Part shown: piece by piece, positions 19,116-28,818 of the stretch | How positions within the stretch are numbered: the stretch's first letter is position 1 | How the letters are laid out: each line of letters opens with the position of its first letter | Origin: an uncultured Fibrobacterota bacterium | GTDB lineage: Bacteria > Fibrobacterota > CAYVZU01 | Direction: 5' to 3' | Length of the DNA: 64,000 nt | NCBI GenBank assembly: GCA_964455935.1 | Contig: CAYVZU010000001.1 | Location: 55,142-119,141 of the forward strand | Notes under the pieces: generated by a model | Database searches by the model: none | What the model saw: only the letters and a program-made list of their open reading frames with translations | Told to the model about the DNA's origin: nothing | Program-made: the position numbers and the translations under genes

Positions 19116-20282
19116 ATGCGAACCATCGCCGCAAATGCTGCCTCCGCTTTCAAGCGGCAATTTGACGCGAACCCCGAAGCTGTTGCCGTTGCCCCCGGGC
19201 GGCTGGAACTTCTGGGCAACCATACCGATTACAACGAAGGCCTGGTGCTGGGACTGGCAATTGACCGCTATGTAGCCGTCGCCGGCCGGCGCAGTGGCCG
19301 GCCAGGGGTTCGAATCTTTTCATCCTCCTATGATCAGAGCGTCGAGTTCACTCCAAAAGCAATCGCGCGCGACAAGGAATTTCGCTGGGCCAATTACCCG
19401 AAGGGTGTGATCGGCCAGTTTGTTGCGGCCGGTCACGGGCTTGGCGGCTTCGATCTGTGTATCGAAAGCAATGTCCCGCTGGGGGCCGGGGTCTCCAGCT
19501 CCGCGGCGCTCCTGGTCGCCACGGCTCTCTGTGTGAAGGCCCTCTTTTCTATTGAAATGGATCCGATGCGCACGGCACGGCTTTGTCATGCGGCGGAGCG
19601 GGATTTTGCGGGCGCCAACAACGGTTTGCTGGATCATTTCTGTTCCCTGTTTGGAAAAGCGAATCACGTTTTGTACCTCGACTGCCGCAGCCTGGAATAT
19701 GAAATCGCGCCGGTGCATGCAACAGGATTCGCTCTTGTTGTAAGCCAGACGAACGTGCGACACTCGATTGTTGAGGGCGAGTATCAGGTGCGACGCCGCC
19801 AGTGCACGGACGCCACGGCCTGGTTTTCCGCCAGAAAGCCCGGGATAAAGGCTTTGCGCGATGTGAGCCTGGCGGACTTGGACGAGTTTGGGGCAGCTAT
19901 GGATGGGGATCTTCTAAAACGCGCCCGTCACATTGTCGGCGAAAACGATCGTGTGGCGCGTGGCAAGGCTTTGCTGGCCAAAGGAGATCTTGCCTCTTTC
20001 GGACAGTTGCTTTATGAATCGCACGAGTCGTCGCGCATTAATTTTGAAAACTCCTGTCCCGAGCTGGACGCAATGGTTGAGATTGCGAAGTCGGTTCCCG
20101 GGGTTTTCGGCTCCCGGCTCACCGGCGGGGGCTTTGGCGGATGCACGCTCACGCTGCTCCAGCAGGGCAGCGTTTCTGGTTTTGAGGAGTCGGTTCGCGA
20201 AGAGTATCCGGCTCGCGCCGGAAAGATTCCGGATGTCTTCGTCTGCAACATCGCTGACGGCGGTAGAATCATCTCGATCTAA
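19116..20282 (+). CDS. galK: galactokinase (GHMP kinase)
   Basis: GalK signature PGRLELLGNHTDYNEG, GHMP motif PLGAGVSSSAAL, and C-terminal GSRLTGGGFGGC. Confidence 0.85.
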   Translation: MRTIAANAASAFKRQFDANPEAVAVAPGRLELLGNHTDYNEGLVLGLAIDRYVAVAGRRSGRPGVRIFSSSYDQSVEFTPKAIARDKEFRWANYPKGVIGQFVAAGHGLGGFDLCIESNVPLGAGVSSSAALLVATALCVKALFSIEMDPMRTARLCHAAERDFAGANNGLLDHFCSLFGKANHVLYLDCRSLEYEIAPVHATGFALVVSQTNVRHSIVEGEYQVRRRQCTDATAWFSARKPGIKALRDVSLADLDEFGAAMDGDLLKRARHIVGENDRVARGKALLAKGDLASFGQLLYESHESSRINFENSCPELDAMVEIAKSVPGVFGSRLTGGGFGGCTLTLLQQGSVSGFEESVREEYPARAGKIPDVFVCNIADGGRIISI

Positions 20283-20396
20283 AATTATATCCGGAGTAAT
20301 AGGATTTGCCCCTGCCCAGGCCTTTGAGGGCCGAATCACGCCGTCGGGACGGCGCGTCCGTTTCTCTCTTGGGCCGGTCAGGGGCAAGTTCTGTGC

Positions 20397-20954
20397 TCAG
20401 GCCGGCGCGAATCTCCAGAGGCTCCTCGATCTGATAAAGCAGGTTCGCGGGAATGTGCGGATGCCATCATTAATTCCTGGAATTCTGGAATCCATCTGCA
20501 TTTGATCCAAATGGCAACGGGCGTCAATCATGTATACCGCCTTCCGCTCCGCAACATAGGAATTTCCCCCATCGCCCCGCCGCATTTCCTCGAAATTTCG
20601 AAGGTGCTTCTCCAAAATCTCCAAACGAACGGGTTTGGCAATAATTGTGCAGGGCTCAAGAACCGGGTCCCTGGTTTCAAATGACCTGCCGCTAATCACC
20701 AGGGCGGGGCAGGTTATTCCAAGGTTTCGAAACCGGCGCAACATTTCAATCCCATCCATTTCCGGCATATTGACATCCGTGATAATCATGTCCAACTTCA
20801 GGCAAGATGTCTTCTCAAGGGCCTCCTTTCCATTTTCGGCCTCAATAACCATGGAATTCGGCCAGACAGACTCGCAGATCTCATGATACAGCGATCGCAG
20901 GATTGTCTCGTCATCAACAATTAAAATTGTAGATAAGTGTAAAGCAGATTGCAT
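20397..20954 (-). CDS. stand-alone CheY-like response-regulator receiver protein
   Basis: ILIVDDE, phospho-acceptor region LDMIITDVNMPEMDG, and conserved K in IAKP. No output domain. Lower-GC region. Confidence 0.7.
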   Translation of the reverse strand: MQSALHLSTILIVDDETILRSLYHEICESVWPNSMVIEAENGKEALEKTSCLKLDMIITDVNMPEMDGIEMLRRFRNLGITCPALVISGRSFETRDPVLEPCTIIAKPVRLEILEKHLRNFEEMRRGDGGNSYVAERKAVYMIDARCHLDQMQMDSRIPGINDGIRTFPRTCFIRSRSLWRFAPA

Positions 20955-21078
20955 AATAGTAAAGTCTCCTTATCATTTCAACCAATAAAGTAAATAAAAC
21001 TTAACCATATGTCAAGTACGCTGAGAATCGTGAAGACTCCGTTTGCTATTGCAAAAGGCGATTACTTGTTTTAATGGA

Positions 21079-21564
21079 ATGATTTCAAAGAACTTATCCA
21101 AGGTGCTTGAGGAACGCGGCCTTTCCGCCCGCACCCTCGCCAAGCGCGCAAAAATTAATGAGTCGTCGATTTCACTCTATCTTTCGGGCAAGCGAACCCC
21201 AAGCCTAAAAGTGCTGACGCGCCTAGCCAAGGTCCTTGAGGTGAGTTTAGACCGACTGGCACTTGGTCGCATTGATGAATCGGACATGGGAATAGATTTC
21301 GAACGGGTGATTCGAAAGTACCAGGATTTGCTTATTCGGGATAAAAGCGGCTCTTACAGCCTTGAAAAAGACCTTAAAGCGCGGCTTTCCGGCGCCAAAG
21401 GAAGTGCATACCAACAAGAAATTGCACGATTGCATCAGATTTTGACGCCGGAAGTGATTGCGGACCTCTATTTTCTGGACAATCCCAAATCGTTTCAATT
21501 GATCTGCGAAAAGTTACGGGAAAACCAGTCTCTTTCAGCGACGATTCTCTCCCAGCTACCCTAA
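21079..21564 (+). CDS. XRE-family HTH transcriptional regulator with ~100-aa C-terminal domain
   Basis: LSARTLAKRAKINESSISLYLSGKRTPSLKVLTRLAKVLEVSLDRL is a Cro/C1-type HTH. Divergent from the response regulator. Confidence 0.6.
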   Translation: MISKNLSKVLEERGLSARTLAKRAKINESSISLYLSGKRTPSLKVLTRLAKVLEVSLDRLALGRIDESDMGIDFERVIRKYQDLLIRDKSGSYSLEKDLKARLSGAKGSAYQQEIARLHQILTPEVIADLYFLDNPKSFQLICEKLRENQSLSATILSQLP

Positions 21565-21597
21565 ATCGGTTCGCAAATTTAAACAGATCGGAAAGCC

Positions 21598-22578
21598 GTG
21601 AGTGCTGCACCAAAATCGCGGGTTGGCTTCATTTCCTGCGAAATCTGCCTGACCCATAATACCGGCCAGGATCACCCGGAATCATCGCAGCGGCTTCAAG
21701 CTCTTGGGTTCCACTTTTGCCAAACCGGTTTGCTGGAACAACTGGTTGCGATCCCTCCCCGGTGCGCCACCCTTGAAGAAATTGCACTGATCCATAGCCG
21801 AGACTACATCAAGGCGGCTGAGCGCGACATTAAGTCCGGAGCAGCAATGCTATCCACCGGCGACACAAACATCTCGCCGCAATCTTGGAACGCCGCTTTG
21901 TGGGCGGTTGGCGGATGCCTGGCCGGAGTCGATGCAGTCATGACCGGAGCAGCCCAAAACATTTTCTGCGCGGTCCGGCCTCCGGGCCATCATGCCACTC
22001 CCACCGCGGGAATGGGATTCTGCATTTTCAATAATGCCGCAATCGCGGCGCGTTACGCCCAGCGGAAATACGGAATTGGGAAGGTTCTGATCGTGGATTG
22101 GGATCTCCACCACGGCAACGGGACCCAGGATGCCTTCTACGCAGATTCGACCGTGTTCTACATGAGCACGCACCAGAATGGCATTTACCCGATGGATCTG
22201 ACAGGCCAGGGAACCCGCGAGGAGACCGGCGCCGGGCCTGCCCGGGGGACCAACATGAACCGCCCCCTTGCCCCTGGTTGTGGCGATGGCGAATTCATCG
22301 CGGTCTTCGAGAACGATCTCTTGCCCGCCGCAATTGACTTCTCGCCCGATCTGGTGATCATTTCCGCTGGATTCGATTCGCGGCAAGGTGACCCGTTGGG
22401 CCTGCTGTGCCTCACGGACCAGGGCTATAAACGACTGACCACAATTCTCAGGCGGATCGCCGGGAAAACCGCACAAGGCCGCGTCGTCTCGATCCTCGAA
22501 GGCGGATATAATCTTGCGGGAATGTCGGCCGGCGCCGCCGCGCACGTCCAGGCGCTGCTGGACAACTCTATTGCATGA
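21598..22578 (+). CDS. histone-deacetylase-superfamily amidohydrolase (AcuC/HDAC-like)
   Basis: RPPGHHA and VDWDLHHGNGTQDAFY are the Zn-binding motifs of class I/II HDAC-like enzymes. Confidence 0.8.
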   Translation: MSAAPKSRVGFISCEICLTHNTGQDHPESSQRLQALGFHFCQTGLLEQLVAIPPRCATLEEIALIHSRDYIKAAERDIKSGAAMLSTGDTNISPQSWNAALWAVGGCLAGVDAVMTGAAQNIFCAVRPPGHHATPTAGMGFCIFNNAAIAARYAQRKYGIGKVLIVDWDLHHGNGTQDAFYADSTVFYMSTHQNGIYPMDLTGQGTREETGAGPARGTNMNRPLAPGCGDGEFIAVFENDLLPAAIDFSPDLVIISAGFDSRQGDPLGLLCLTDQGYKRLTTILRRIAGKTAQGRVVSILEGGYNLAGMSAGAAAHVQALLDNSIA

Positions 22579-23467
22579 ACAGCAATGCGCTGGCCCCAAA
22601 GAAAAGACCAAGGCAAAGGACCACCAGCGTGGCGGTCAACAGCCGGTTCCGGTGTTTCTCCGGAGGTGGAGAACGCAAGGTCGCGGCAGGCACCGGTGCG
22701 GCCGGCGTCTCGTCCTCAATCAGCGTTTCCGTGGCCGCATCGGCCACATCGCGGGCCAGCGCGCGAACCGTACTGCGAATCACATCCTCCTGATTGCACG
22801 GCAGGCAGTCCAAAAAAAACGAGTTGGAAATCGAGCCGGTTCTGGTATTCAAAAGCAACAGCTTGAAGGTGTAGAGCCGTTCCTTTCCCTCGATCTGGCC
22901 GAGTATGACATAGGGCACCCGCAGTACCCTGGCAATGGCCCGACCGCATGCCGTGTCGCTGCATTCAAGACCATACAAATCCGATTTGCGAAGCAGGGCG
23001 TTCATTTCGCCGCGGTTCATCACGTAAAAGGCATTGCGCTCTTTCAAATCATCACGGATGCGCTCGGAAAGTGCCGAAAGGTCTTCCTGCGGCACATCCT
23101 GCCCCTGAAAATCCAGAACGGCAATGTAACGCCAAAGGAAATCGTTGGACGAATCGCTTCCCGAAACCCAGGGCTGAACCTGGGCGTCCCGGATGTAACT
23201 CCAGGGCAGCTGGTGATAGGGATAGACCTTGCCGTAAATCCGCACCATCAGCACATCGCGGACGGCAAGCAGCTTGCGTTCCACGCCCTTCTGCGGCAGG
23301 TCGACGTCGAAAGTGATGATGCCGTTGGCTGAATCCAACGCCACGACGCTGCCCGTAAGAATGGTGTTGTTGCGCAGCGAAACCGCGTCCTGGGCAGCCC
23401 AGGCCGACTGCGCGAGATAGACTAGGGCCAAAACCAGAAGAGCGGTAGTCCGCTTTGCTTTGGACAT
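22568..23467 (-). CDS. secreted protein with CsgG/LpoB-like fold and C-terminal TM anchor
   Basis: Signal peptide. IAVLDFQGQ...GRAIARVLRVPYVILGQI resembles the CsgG/LpoB/FlgO fold. Pro-rich linker and C-terminal hydrophobic helix. Confidence 0.45.
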   Translation of the reverse strand: MSKAKRTTALLVLALVYLAQSAWAAQDAVSLRNNTILTGSVVALDSANGIITFDVDLPQKGVERKLLAVRDVLMVRIYGKVYPYHQLPWSYIRDAQVQPWVSGSDSSNDFLWRYIAVLDFQGQDVPQEDLSALSERIRDDLKERNAFYVMNRGEMNALLRKSDLYGLECSDTACGRAIARVLRVPYVILGQIEGKERLYTFKLLLLNTRTGSISNSFFLDCLPCNQEDVIRSTVRALARDVADAATETLIEDETPAAPVPAATLRSPPPEKHRNRLLTATLVVLCLGLFFGASALLFMQ

Positions 23468-23529
23468 AAAAAAAAAGTAACTACTTGGCACTTTCACCAC
23501 CCTCACTTTAGTCATCTCCCATCGAAGAA

Positions 23530-23582
23530 AGAGGAAAAAACCCCTCGCCCCTCCGCGGGAGAGGGTTGGGGGAGGGGACCTG
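23530..23582 (-). terminator. possible minus-strand intrinsic terminator (GC hairpin followed by T6)
   Basis: Minus-strand read ...CCCTCTCCCGCGGAGGGGCGAGGGGTTTTTTCC. Its target transcript is unclear. Confidence 0.25.
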
Positions 23583-23751
23583 AGCAGTTACAAAAGAAAA
23601 TAGCTATTTCCGGTTTGGCCCAGCACAGCGTCCTGTCCATGGCCGGCAAGGAGTGCGGCGCCCATCGATTTTCGCCGCGGTTGGCCCCTCCCCGCGGAAC
23701 CGGTTGCGGCCGCAATTCCACTTCTGGATTTTTCCTCCTGAATTGTCTATA

Positions 23752-23771
23752 TTGCGTTAACGTTAACGCAA
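23752..23771. promoter_or_regulatory. perfect 20-bp palindrome TTGCGTTAACGTTAACGCAA, putative LacI-family operator
   Basis: Read directly from the sequence, 12 nt upstream of the LacI-family gene ATG. Central CG typical of LacI/GalR-type operators. Confidence 0.55.
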
Positions 23772-23782
23772 CAACACCAATT

Positions 23783-24829
23783 ATGATAACCATCAAGGAA
23801 ATCGCCCGGCGGGCCGGCGTATCCATTGGAACCGTGGACCGGGTCCTGCACAAGCGCGGCCGTGTTTCGGACGAGACAGCGCGCACGATCGAATCCATTG
23901 TCGGGCAGTCCGGATATCAGACCAACATCTTCGCCCGCACCCTCTCCTACAGCCGTTCGTACCGCCTTGGCGTGATCATGCCCAGGCCGAACCAGGACAG
24001 CGGATACTGGGAGCTCCCGCTTGCCGGCGCCCAAAAGGCCGCCGGCGAGATCGCGGCTTACGGGGTGCAAACCCGTTTCTTCTTTTACGATCGGTTCAGC
24101 GTTGATTCATTCAAGAAAGCGCAGGGAGATGTGGCCGGATTTAAGCCCGACGGCTTGCTGGCCGCCCTGGTCATTCCTATCCTGGCCGAAGAATTTCTGG
24201 CCCAAACCGCGCCGCGGATTTCGGTTGTGCTGTTCGACTCGGATTTCCCCCTTTCCAACCGGCTTTCTTATATCGGGCAGGATTCGTTTCAGAGCGGGCT
24301 TCTTTCGGGCAAACTGGTTCACCTGCTTCTTGCGGGGAAGGGCGGGGTTGCAATCATCCAGCCCCGGCTTGACGACTTTCATCTGAGCCAGCGAAGAGAC
24401 GGATTTCTGCATTATTTCACCACCGTACGCCACCGGTGCTCGTTCGAGGTCTGTGAAATGACCAGCACCCATGACCGGGCCGCGTATTGGCGGGCCATTC
24501 AGCGCGCATCAAAAAGGCTTTCAGGCTTGGCCGGTATCTTCGTGACCGATGCGTCCGCCCATATTGCCGCCGCTTATCTGGAGCACTATCGCCTGGAAGG
24601 AAAAGTGGGGCTGGTGGGCCATGACATGATCGAACCCAACGCACAATACCTGCGAAACGGAACCATCGGCTTTCTTATCAGCCAAAAGCCCGAGGTCCAG
24701 GGCTACGAAGGCCTGTTCGATCTCTATCGGGGAATCGTTTTGCGCAAGCAAATGCCTAAAAAACGGCTTGCACCCCTGGAAATTTTTACAAAGGAAAACG
24801 CGAATTTCAACCCGGGGGAGTCTTTATGA
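23783..24829 (+). CDS. LacI-family transcriptional regulator
   Basis: N-terminal HTH MITIKEIARRAGVSIGTVDRVLHKRGRVSDETARTI and a periplasmic-binding-protein-like sugar-binding domain. Confidence 0.8.
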   Translation: MITIKEIARRAGVSIGTVDRVLHKRGRVSDETARTIESIVGQSGYQTNIFARTLSYSRSYRLGVIMPRPNQDSGYWELPLAGAQKAAGEIAAYGVQTRFFFYDRFSVDSFKKAQGDVAGFKPDGLLAALVIPILAEEFLAQTAPRISVVLFDSDFPLSNRLSYIGQDSFQSGLLSGKLVHLLLAGKGGVAIIQPRLDDFHLSQRRDGFLHYFTTVRHRCSFEVCEMTSTHDRAAYWRAIQRASKRLSGLAGIFVTDASAHIAAAYLEHYRLEGKVGLVGHDMIEPNAQYLRNGTIGFLISQKPEVQGYEGLFDLYRGIVLRKQMPKKRLAPLEIFTKENANFNPGESL

Positions 24830-25068
24830 GCAAACGATTTGTAATTGGGACGGACTTTGCCACCGATTCGGTGCGCTCCGTTGTGGTTGATGCCGATTCG
24901 GGCAAAACACCGGTTTGGGACGTGCAGGATGATCCGCGCTGGAAAGTTTGCAATGCGATAAAGCACCAGTTATGCCAACATCGGCTGGATTATGTGGAAA
25001 AACCTGGAAAAATCCATTCGCGGAACCATTTGGATTTTAGCCATCGAACATCCATGGAGGATCCATGA
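24826..25068 (+). CDS. 80-aa ORF whose N-terminus resembles an FGGY carbohydrate kinase (possible remnant)
   Basis: MSKRFVIGTDFATDSVRSVVVDADSGK matches the FGGY N-terminal beta-hairpin and the remainder is unrelated. ATGA overlaps with both neighbours. Confidence 0.3.
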   Translation: MSKRFVIGTDFATDSVRSVVVDADSGKTPVWDVQDDPRWKVCNAIKHQLCQHRLDYVEKPGKIHSRNHLDFSHRTSMEDP

Positions 25069-26543
25069 ATAACTTGCCAGTGCTCAAAATCGGCTTGGTC
25101 GCGGTGAGCCGCGACTGCTTTCCCATCCAGCTCTCGAAGAAGCGGCGCGACGCCGTCATGGCCGAGTGCAAAAACAGCGGACTGCCGGTCGTAGCGGTTT
25201 CGACCATCATCGAGAATGAACAAGACACTCTTAAGGCACTCGAAGAACTCCGGAGCAAAAAGGCCAATGCCCTTGTGGTCTATTTGGGGAATTTTGGGCC
25301 CGAGGGTCCCGAAACTCTCCTGGCGCAAAAGTTCAACGGACCCGCCATGGTCTGCGCCGCGGCGGAGGAGACCGGCAAGGATTTGCTCAACGGCCGCGGT
25401 GATGCCTATTGCGGGATGCTGAATGCCTCTTACAATCTCACACTCCGTCATCTTCGTCCCCATATCCCGGGATACCCGGTGGGCACTGCGTTGGAAGTGG
25501 CGAAGATGATCGCGGATTTCGTTCCCATTGCGCGGATCATGGCGGGACTGCAAAAACTGAAGATCTTTGCCTTCGGCCCCCGACCGCAGGATTTCCTGGC
25601 CTGCAATGCGCCCATCAAGCCGCTCTACGATATTGGCGTGGAGATCATGGAGAACAGCGAGCTTGACCTTTATGACATTTACAAGTCCGCTGAGGGCGAC
25701 CTAAATATCAAGAAGATCGCCAAAGAAATGGAACGTGAGCTTGGCAAAGACAAGGTGTATCCGGATCTTTTGCCCAAGCTGGCCCAGTATGAAACCGCTC
25801 TGCTGAAGTTTATGGAAAAGAACCTGGGCGCGTCCGAATATGGAATCTTCGCCAATAAGTGCTGGCCGTCATTTGAGAAATATTTTGAGTTCGTGCCGTG
25901 CTATGTGAATTCCCGAATGGCCGCCCGGGGAATTCCCGTTTCTTGCGAAGTGGACATTTATGGGGCGCTGAGCGAATATATGGCCGGCGCGGCAACCGAT
26001 TCCCCCGCCACGCTCCTGGACATCAACAACACGGTCCCGGCCGACATGGTGGAAGAGAACAGATCGAAGCTCAAGGGCCTCAGCGCGACGGACCTGTTTA
26101 TGGGATTTCATTGTGGCAATACCACCTCGGGGTGCCTTTCCGGATGCGCGATGAAATACCAGCTGATCATGCACCGGCTTATGGAACCGGGCAAGAATCC
26201 GAACATTACACGGGGCACGCTGGAAGGCACGATCCGACCGGGAAACATCACGCTTTTCCGCCTGCAATCGACGGCGGACGCCCAGCTCAAATCGTATGTG
26301 GCGCAAGGCGAGGTGTTGGACATCGACCCAAAATCGTTCGGTGGTATTGGGGTCTTCGGGATCAAGGAAATGGGCCGATTCTACAGGCATGCCCTGATTG
26401 GCAATGGTTTTCCGCACCATGCAGCCGTGGCTTTTAACCATGTGGGCAAGGCCCTGTTTGGCGCGGTTAAGATGCTGGGCGTGAAGGATGTCTCGTACAA
26501 CCAGCCGGCGGGCCTACCATACCCGGACGAGAATCCGTTTTGA
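25065..26543 (+). CDS. L-fucose/L-arabinose isomerase-family protein
   Basis: 492 aa. The N-terminal LKIGLVAVSRDCFP...ALVVYLGNFG architecture and overall length fit the FucI/AraA-like isomerase family. Confidence 0.7.
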   Translation: MNNLPVLKIGLVAVSRDCFPIQLSKKRRDAVMAECKNSGLPVVAVSTIIENEQDTLKALEELRSKKANALVVYLGNFGPEGPETLLAQKFNGPAMVCAAAEETGKDLLNGRGDAYCGMLNASYNLTLRHLRPHIPGYPVGTALEVAKMIADFVPIARIMAGLQKLKIFAFGPRPQDFLACNAPIKPLYDIGVEIMENSELDLYDIYKSAEGDLNIKKIAKEMERELGKDKVYPDLLPKLAQYETALLKFMEKNLGASEYGIFANKCWPSFEKYFEFVPCYVNSRMAARGIPVSCEVDIYGALSEYMAGAATDSPATLLDINNTVPADMVEENRSKLKGLSATDLFMGFHCGNTTSGCLSGCAMKYQLIMHRLMEPGKNPNITRGTLEGTIRPGNITLFRLQSTADAQLKSYVAQGEVLDIDPKSFGGIGVFGIKEMGRFYRHALIGNGFPHHAAVAFNHVGKALFGAVKMLGVKDVSYNQPAGLPYPDENPF

Positions 26544-26580
26544 TAAAGGAAAGCCGGGGAAAAGGCGTTTTGCCAGGATT

Positions 26581-26619
26581 AACAGGATATAGACGGATAG
26601 GAGTGATTGATATCCTGTT
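26581..26619. promoter_or_regulatory. 10-bp perfect inverted repeat AACAGGATAT-N19-ATATCCTGTT between the isomerase and the downstream gene
   Basis: Read directly from the sequence. Could be a hairpin or an operator. Confidence 0.35.
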
Positions 26620-26648
26620 TTCCTAACCATTTCGGAAGGAGATGGAAA

Positions 26649-27509
26649 ATGAAAATTAAAAAGATCGCATTTTTCAGAATTCCCAATTGCTACGAGCTCT
26701 CAATAGGCAAGCAGAAGCTCGTGGTCACCACAGAGTTCGGGCCGCGGATCCTCCACCTGAGCATCGGCAAGAGCGGCAATATTCTGTTTGTCGACGAGAA
26801 GCGGGAGTGCAAATACAAAGACTGGTTTCTCTATGGCGGACATCGGTTGTGGACTTCGCCCGAGACCGGTGCGACCTACAACCCCGACAATGAACGCTGT
26901 CTTATCGCGGAAAAAGAGGGCGCTCTTTCCGTGACCCACTTTGACAGAAAACTGGAGTTTAGCCGCACGATGAACTTTTCCGAACAAAACGGCCGGTTCT
27001 GTGTGGAGCATGTGATCGAGAACAAGAGCGAGGTTCTCTTTCCCGGCGCAATCTGGGCTCTCACCTGTGTTGTACCGAAGGGAATTGCCTTTTTTCCCTG
27101 GGGCACGCCGGACGAATGGAAGATAAAAAAGGCCGTGTATTGGCAGAAGTGGATGACGCACGGAAGCGATCCTGCGAGCAAGCAGTGGGTCCAGGGCCCG
27201 GACCTATTTATGGTCAAGCCCACGGGCGAAGAGGGCAAGGTGGGCACAGCCGGCTGGGAGGGCTTCATTGGAATTACCAATTCGAATTACACATTCATCA
27301 AGAAGTTCGACCGCCTTCCAACCAACGACTACCCCGACGACAACTGCGCGATCCAATGCTACACGTGCAACAAGTTTATCGAGCTGGAAACCCTAAGTCC
27401 AAACACAGTGTTTCGGCCCAACGTTCCTGTCCGGCATAAAGAGGAATGGATCCTGGTGGACAAGCAGACGAATCCTGAAAACGGCGCGGAAATCCGAAGG
27501 CTTCTATAG
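26649..27509 (+). CDS. hypothetical protein in the sugar operon
   Basis: 287 aa with a strong SD (AGGAG 8 nt upstream). No recognised motifs. Confidence 0.5.
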   Translation: MKIKKIAFFRIPNCYELSIGKQKLVVTTEFGPRILHLSIGKSGNILFVDEKRECKYKDWFLYGGHRLWTSPETGATYNPDNERCLIAEKEGALSVTHFDRKLEFSRTMNFSEQNGRFCVEHVIENKSEVLFPGAIWALTCVVPKGIAFFPWGTPDEWKIKKAVYWQKWMTHGSDPASKQWVQGPDLFMVKPTGEEGKVGTAGWEGFIGITNSNYTFIKKFDRLPTNDYPDDNCAIQCYTCNKFIELETLSPNTVFRPNVPVRHKEEWILVDKQTNPENGAEIRRLL

Positions 27510-28005
27510 GACAGCCGGCCGCCTTGGCAATCTGCGGCACCATAATTTGCCGGTCGCTTCTCTCGCGGATGAACGCAAGGGCTTTTCGGATTAATTCCTC
27601 AGGTCCGGCCATGGGGTGTGCCATACCACAAAGAATACAAATTGTTAAATCCCCAAACGCCAATATCCTCAAGCAATTCGCCTATTTGGGGATGTTTTCT
27701 TTATTTTATTTCATTATATGGGGCGTGGGGCAACCGTTCTCCTTTGTCTGGAAAAAGTTTCGGATCGCTCTCGTACTTTAATTATATTTGAGGCAGCCGG
27801 TTTCCCCATCCGGTTTCCCGCGATTCGGCGCGCAAGCATAAAATGGCCTATAGAGATTCTCAGAAGTAAGCGCCTTGATGGGGCCGTTCTCCTGATAAAA
27901 GCGAGCGGTCCATTACTGAATCTTTCATTGGGAATCGCTATATGCCGAATGCGGCGCAACATAAGATTCAGGATCATTGAATCGAAGAAGCCATCAGAGG
28001 TTTGC

Positions 28006-28407
28006 ATGCGTGGATTTGACAGTCGGGGATCCGTTCTAGTCGAATCGGCCCTCTGCTTCCCCATTCTCCTTCTTGTCGTCTTCACATGTATTCAATTGGG
28101 TCCACTATTCGTTCAGGACTTGGTGGGCGAGTATGCCCTTTACGAAATGGTTCGCCTCGGTTCCCGGGGCGAATACGGCAGCAGGAATAGCCACGACAAT
28201 CTTAACGCGGCCGAAGCCCGGGCCCGGGAAGTCTGCGGCTGGGTCCTTCCCAAACTTTCCAGCACCGAATCCCGAGCCGACCCGTTGGCAATGCATCTGG
28301 AGATGGAAATGCCCATTCAGATTCCATTTGCGCAAATTCTATTGGGGAAAAAGCGATCTGCCAGAGACGATAATCTATTGATTGAAAAAGAACTGAAGAT
28401 GCGGTAG
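28006..28407 (+). CDS. TadE-like pseudopilin
   Basis: N-terminal RGSVLVESALCFPILLLVVF is the TadE-like motif. Confidence 0.6.
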   Translation: MRGFDSRGSVLVESALCFPILLLVVFTCIQLGPLFVQDLVGEYALYEMVRLGSRGEYGSRNSHDNLNAAEARAREVCGWVLPKLSSTESRADPLAMHLEMEMPIQIPFAQILLGKKRSARDDNLLIEKELKMR

Positions 28408-28410
28408 GTC

Positions 28411-28818
28411 ATGGACCAGAACGGACAATCGTTGGTGGAAATGACAATGGTTTCTGGGCTGTTTCTGTTTGTGGTGTTTGTGACTGCGGCCATTCACGAT
28501 TTCCATCGGACACGCTATAAAACGATCGTTTGCGCCTACCGGGCCGCAACCATTGCCTCGGAGGACTGCAACGCGTCTGCCGGCTCCAACTACATTGGCG
28601 ATTTTCCACTGAAGACAATCGATCAACAGTCGGAAGTCGATGAGGATTCTAGGGGTTTTTACCGCGCTAATCTGTATACCACGGATCCCCTCTCGAAAGT
28701 CCTGCTTGGATTGGACCGCTGGATCTCTTCGGCGCGGAAGTATCCCAAAGTGAAGCGAACCTATACATTTTGGATGCTTGGCAACGACACCGGATATGAG
28801 CATGTGCTCTGGGAATAG
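28411..28818 (+). CDS. TadE-like pseudopilin
   Basis: N-terminal GQSLVEMTMVSGLFLFVVFV is the TadE-like motif. Confidence 0.6.
   Translation: MDQNGQSLVEMTMVSGLFLFVVFVTAAIHDFHRTRYKTIVCAYRAATIASEDCNASAGSNYIGDFPLKTIDQQSEVDEDSRGFYRANLYTTDPLSKVLLGLDRWISSARKYPKVKRTYTFWMLGNDTGYEHVLWE

Noticed and set aside
20300-20390. Bidirectional terminator between galK and the response-regulator gene
   Set aside because: Inverted repeats exist (TTGCCCCTG...CAGGGGCAA and GGAC-ggcgc-GTCC) but there is no convincing U-tract on either strand.
27530-27545. Sigma-54-like promoter GGCACCATAATTTGCC upstream of the tad locus
   Set aside because: The GG-to-GC spacing is one nucleotide off consensus and the element sits ~460 bp from the first tad gene. 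Too weak to call.
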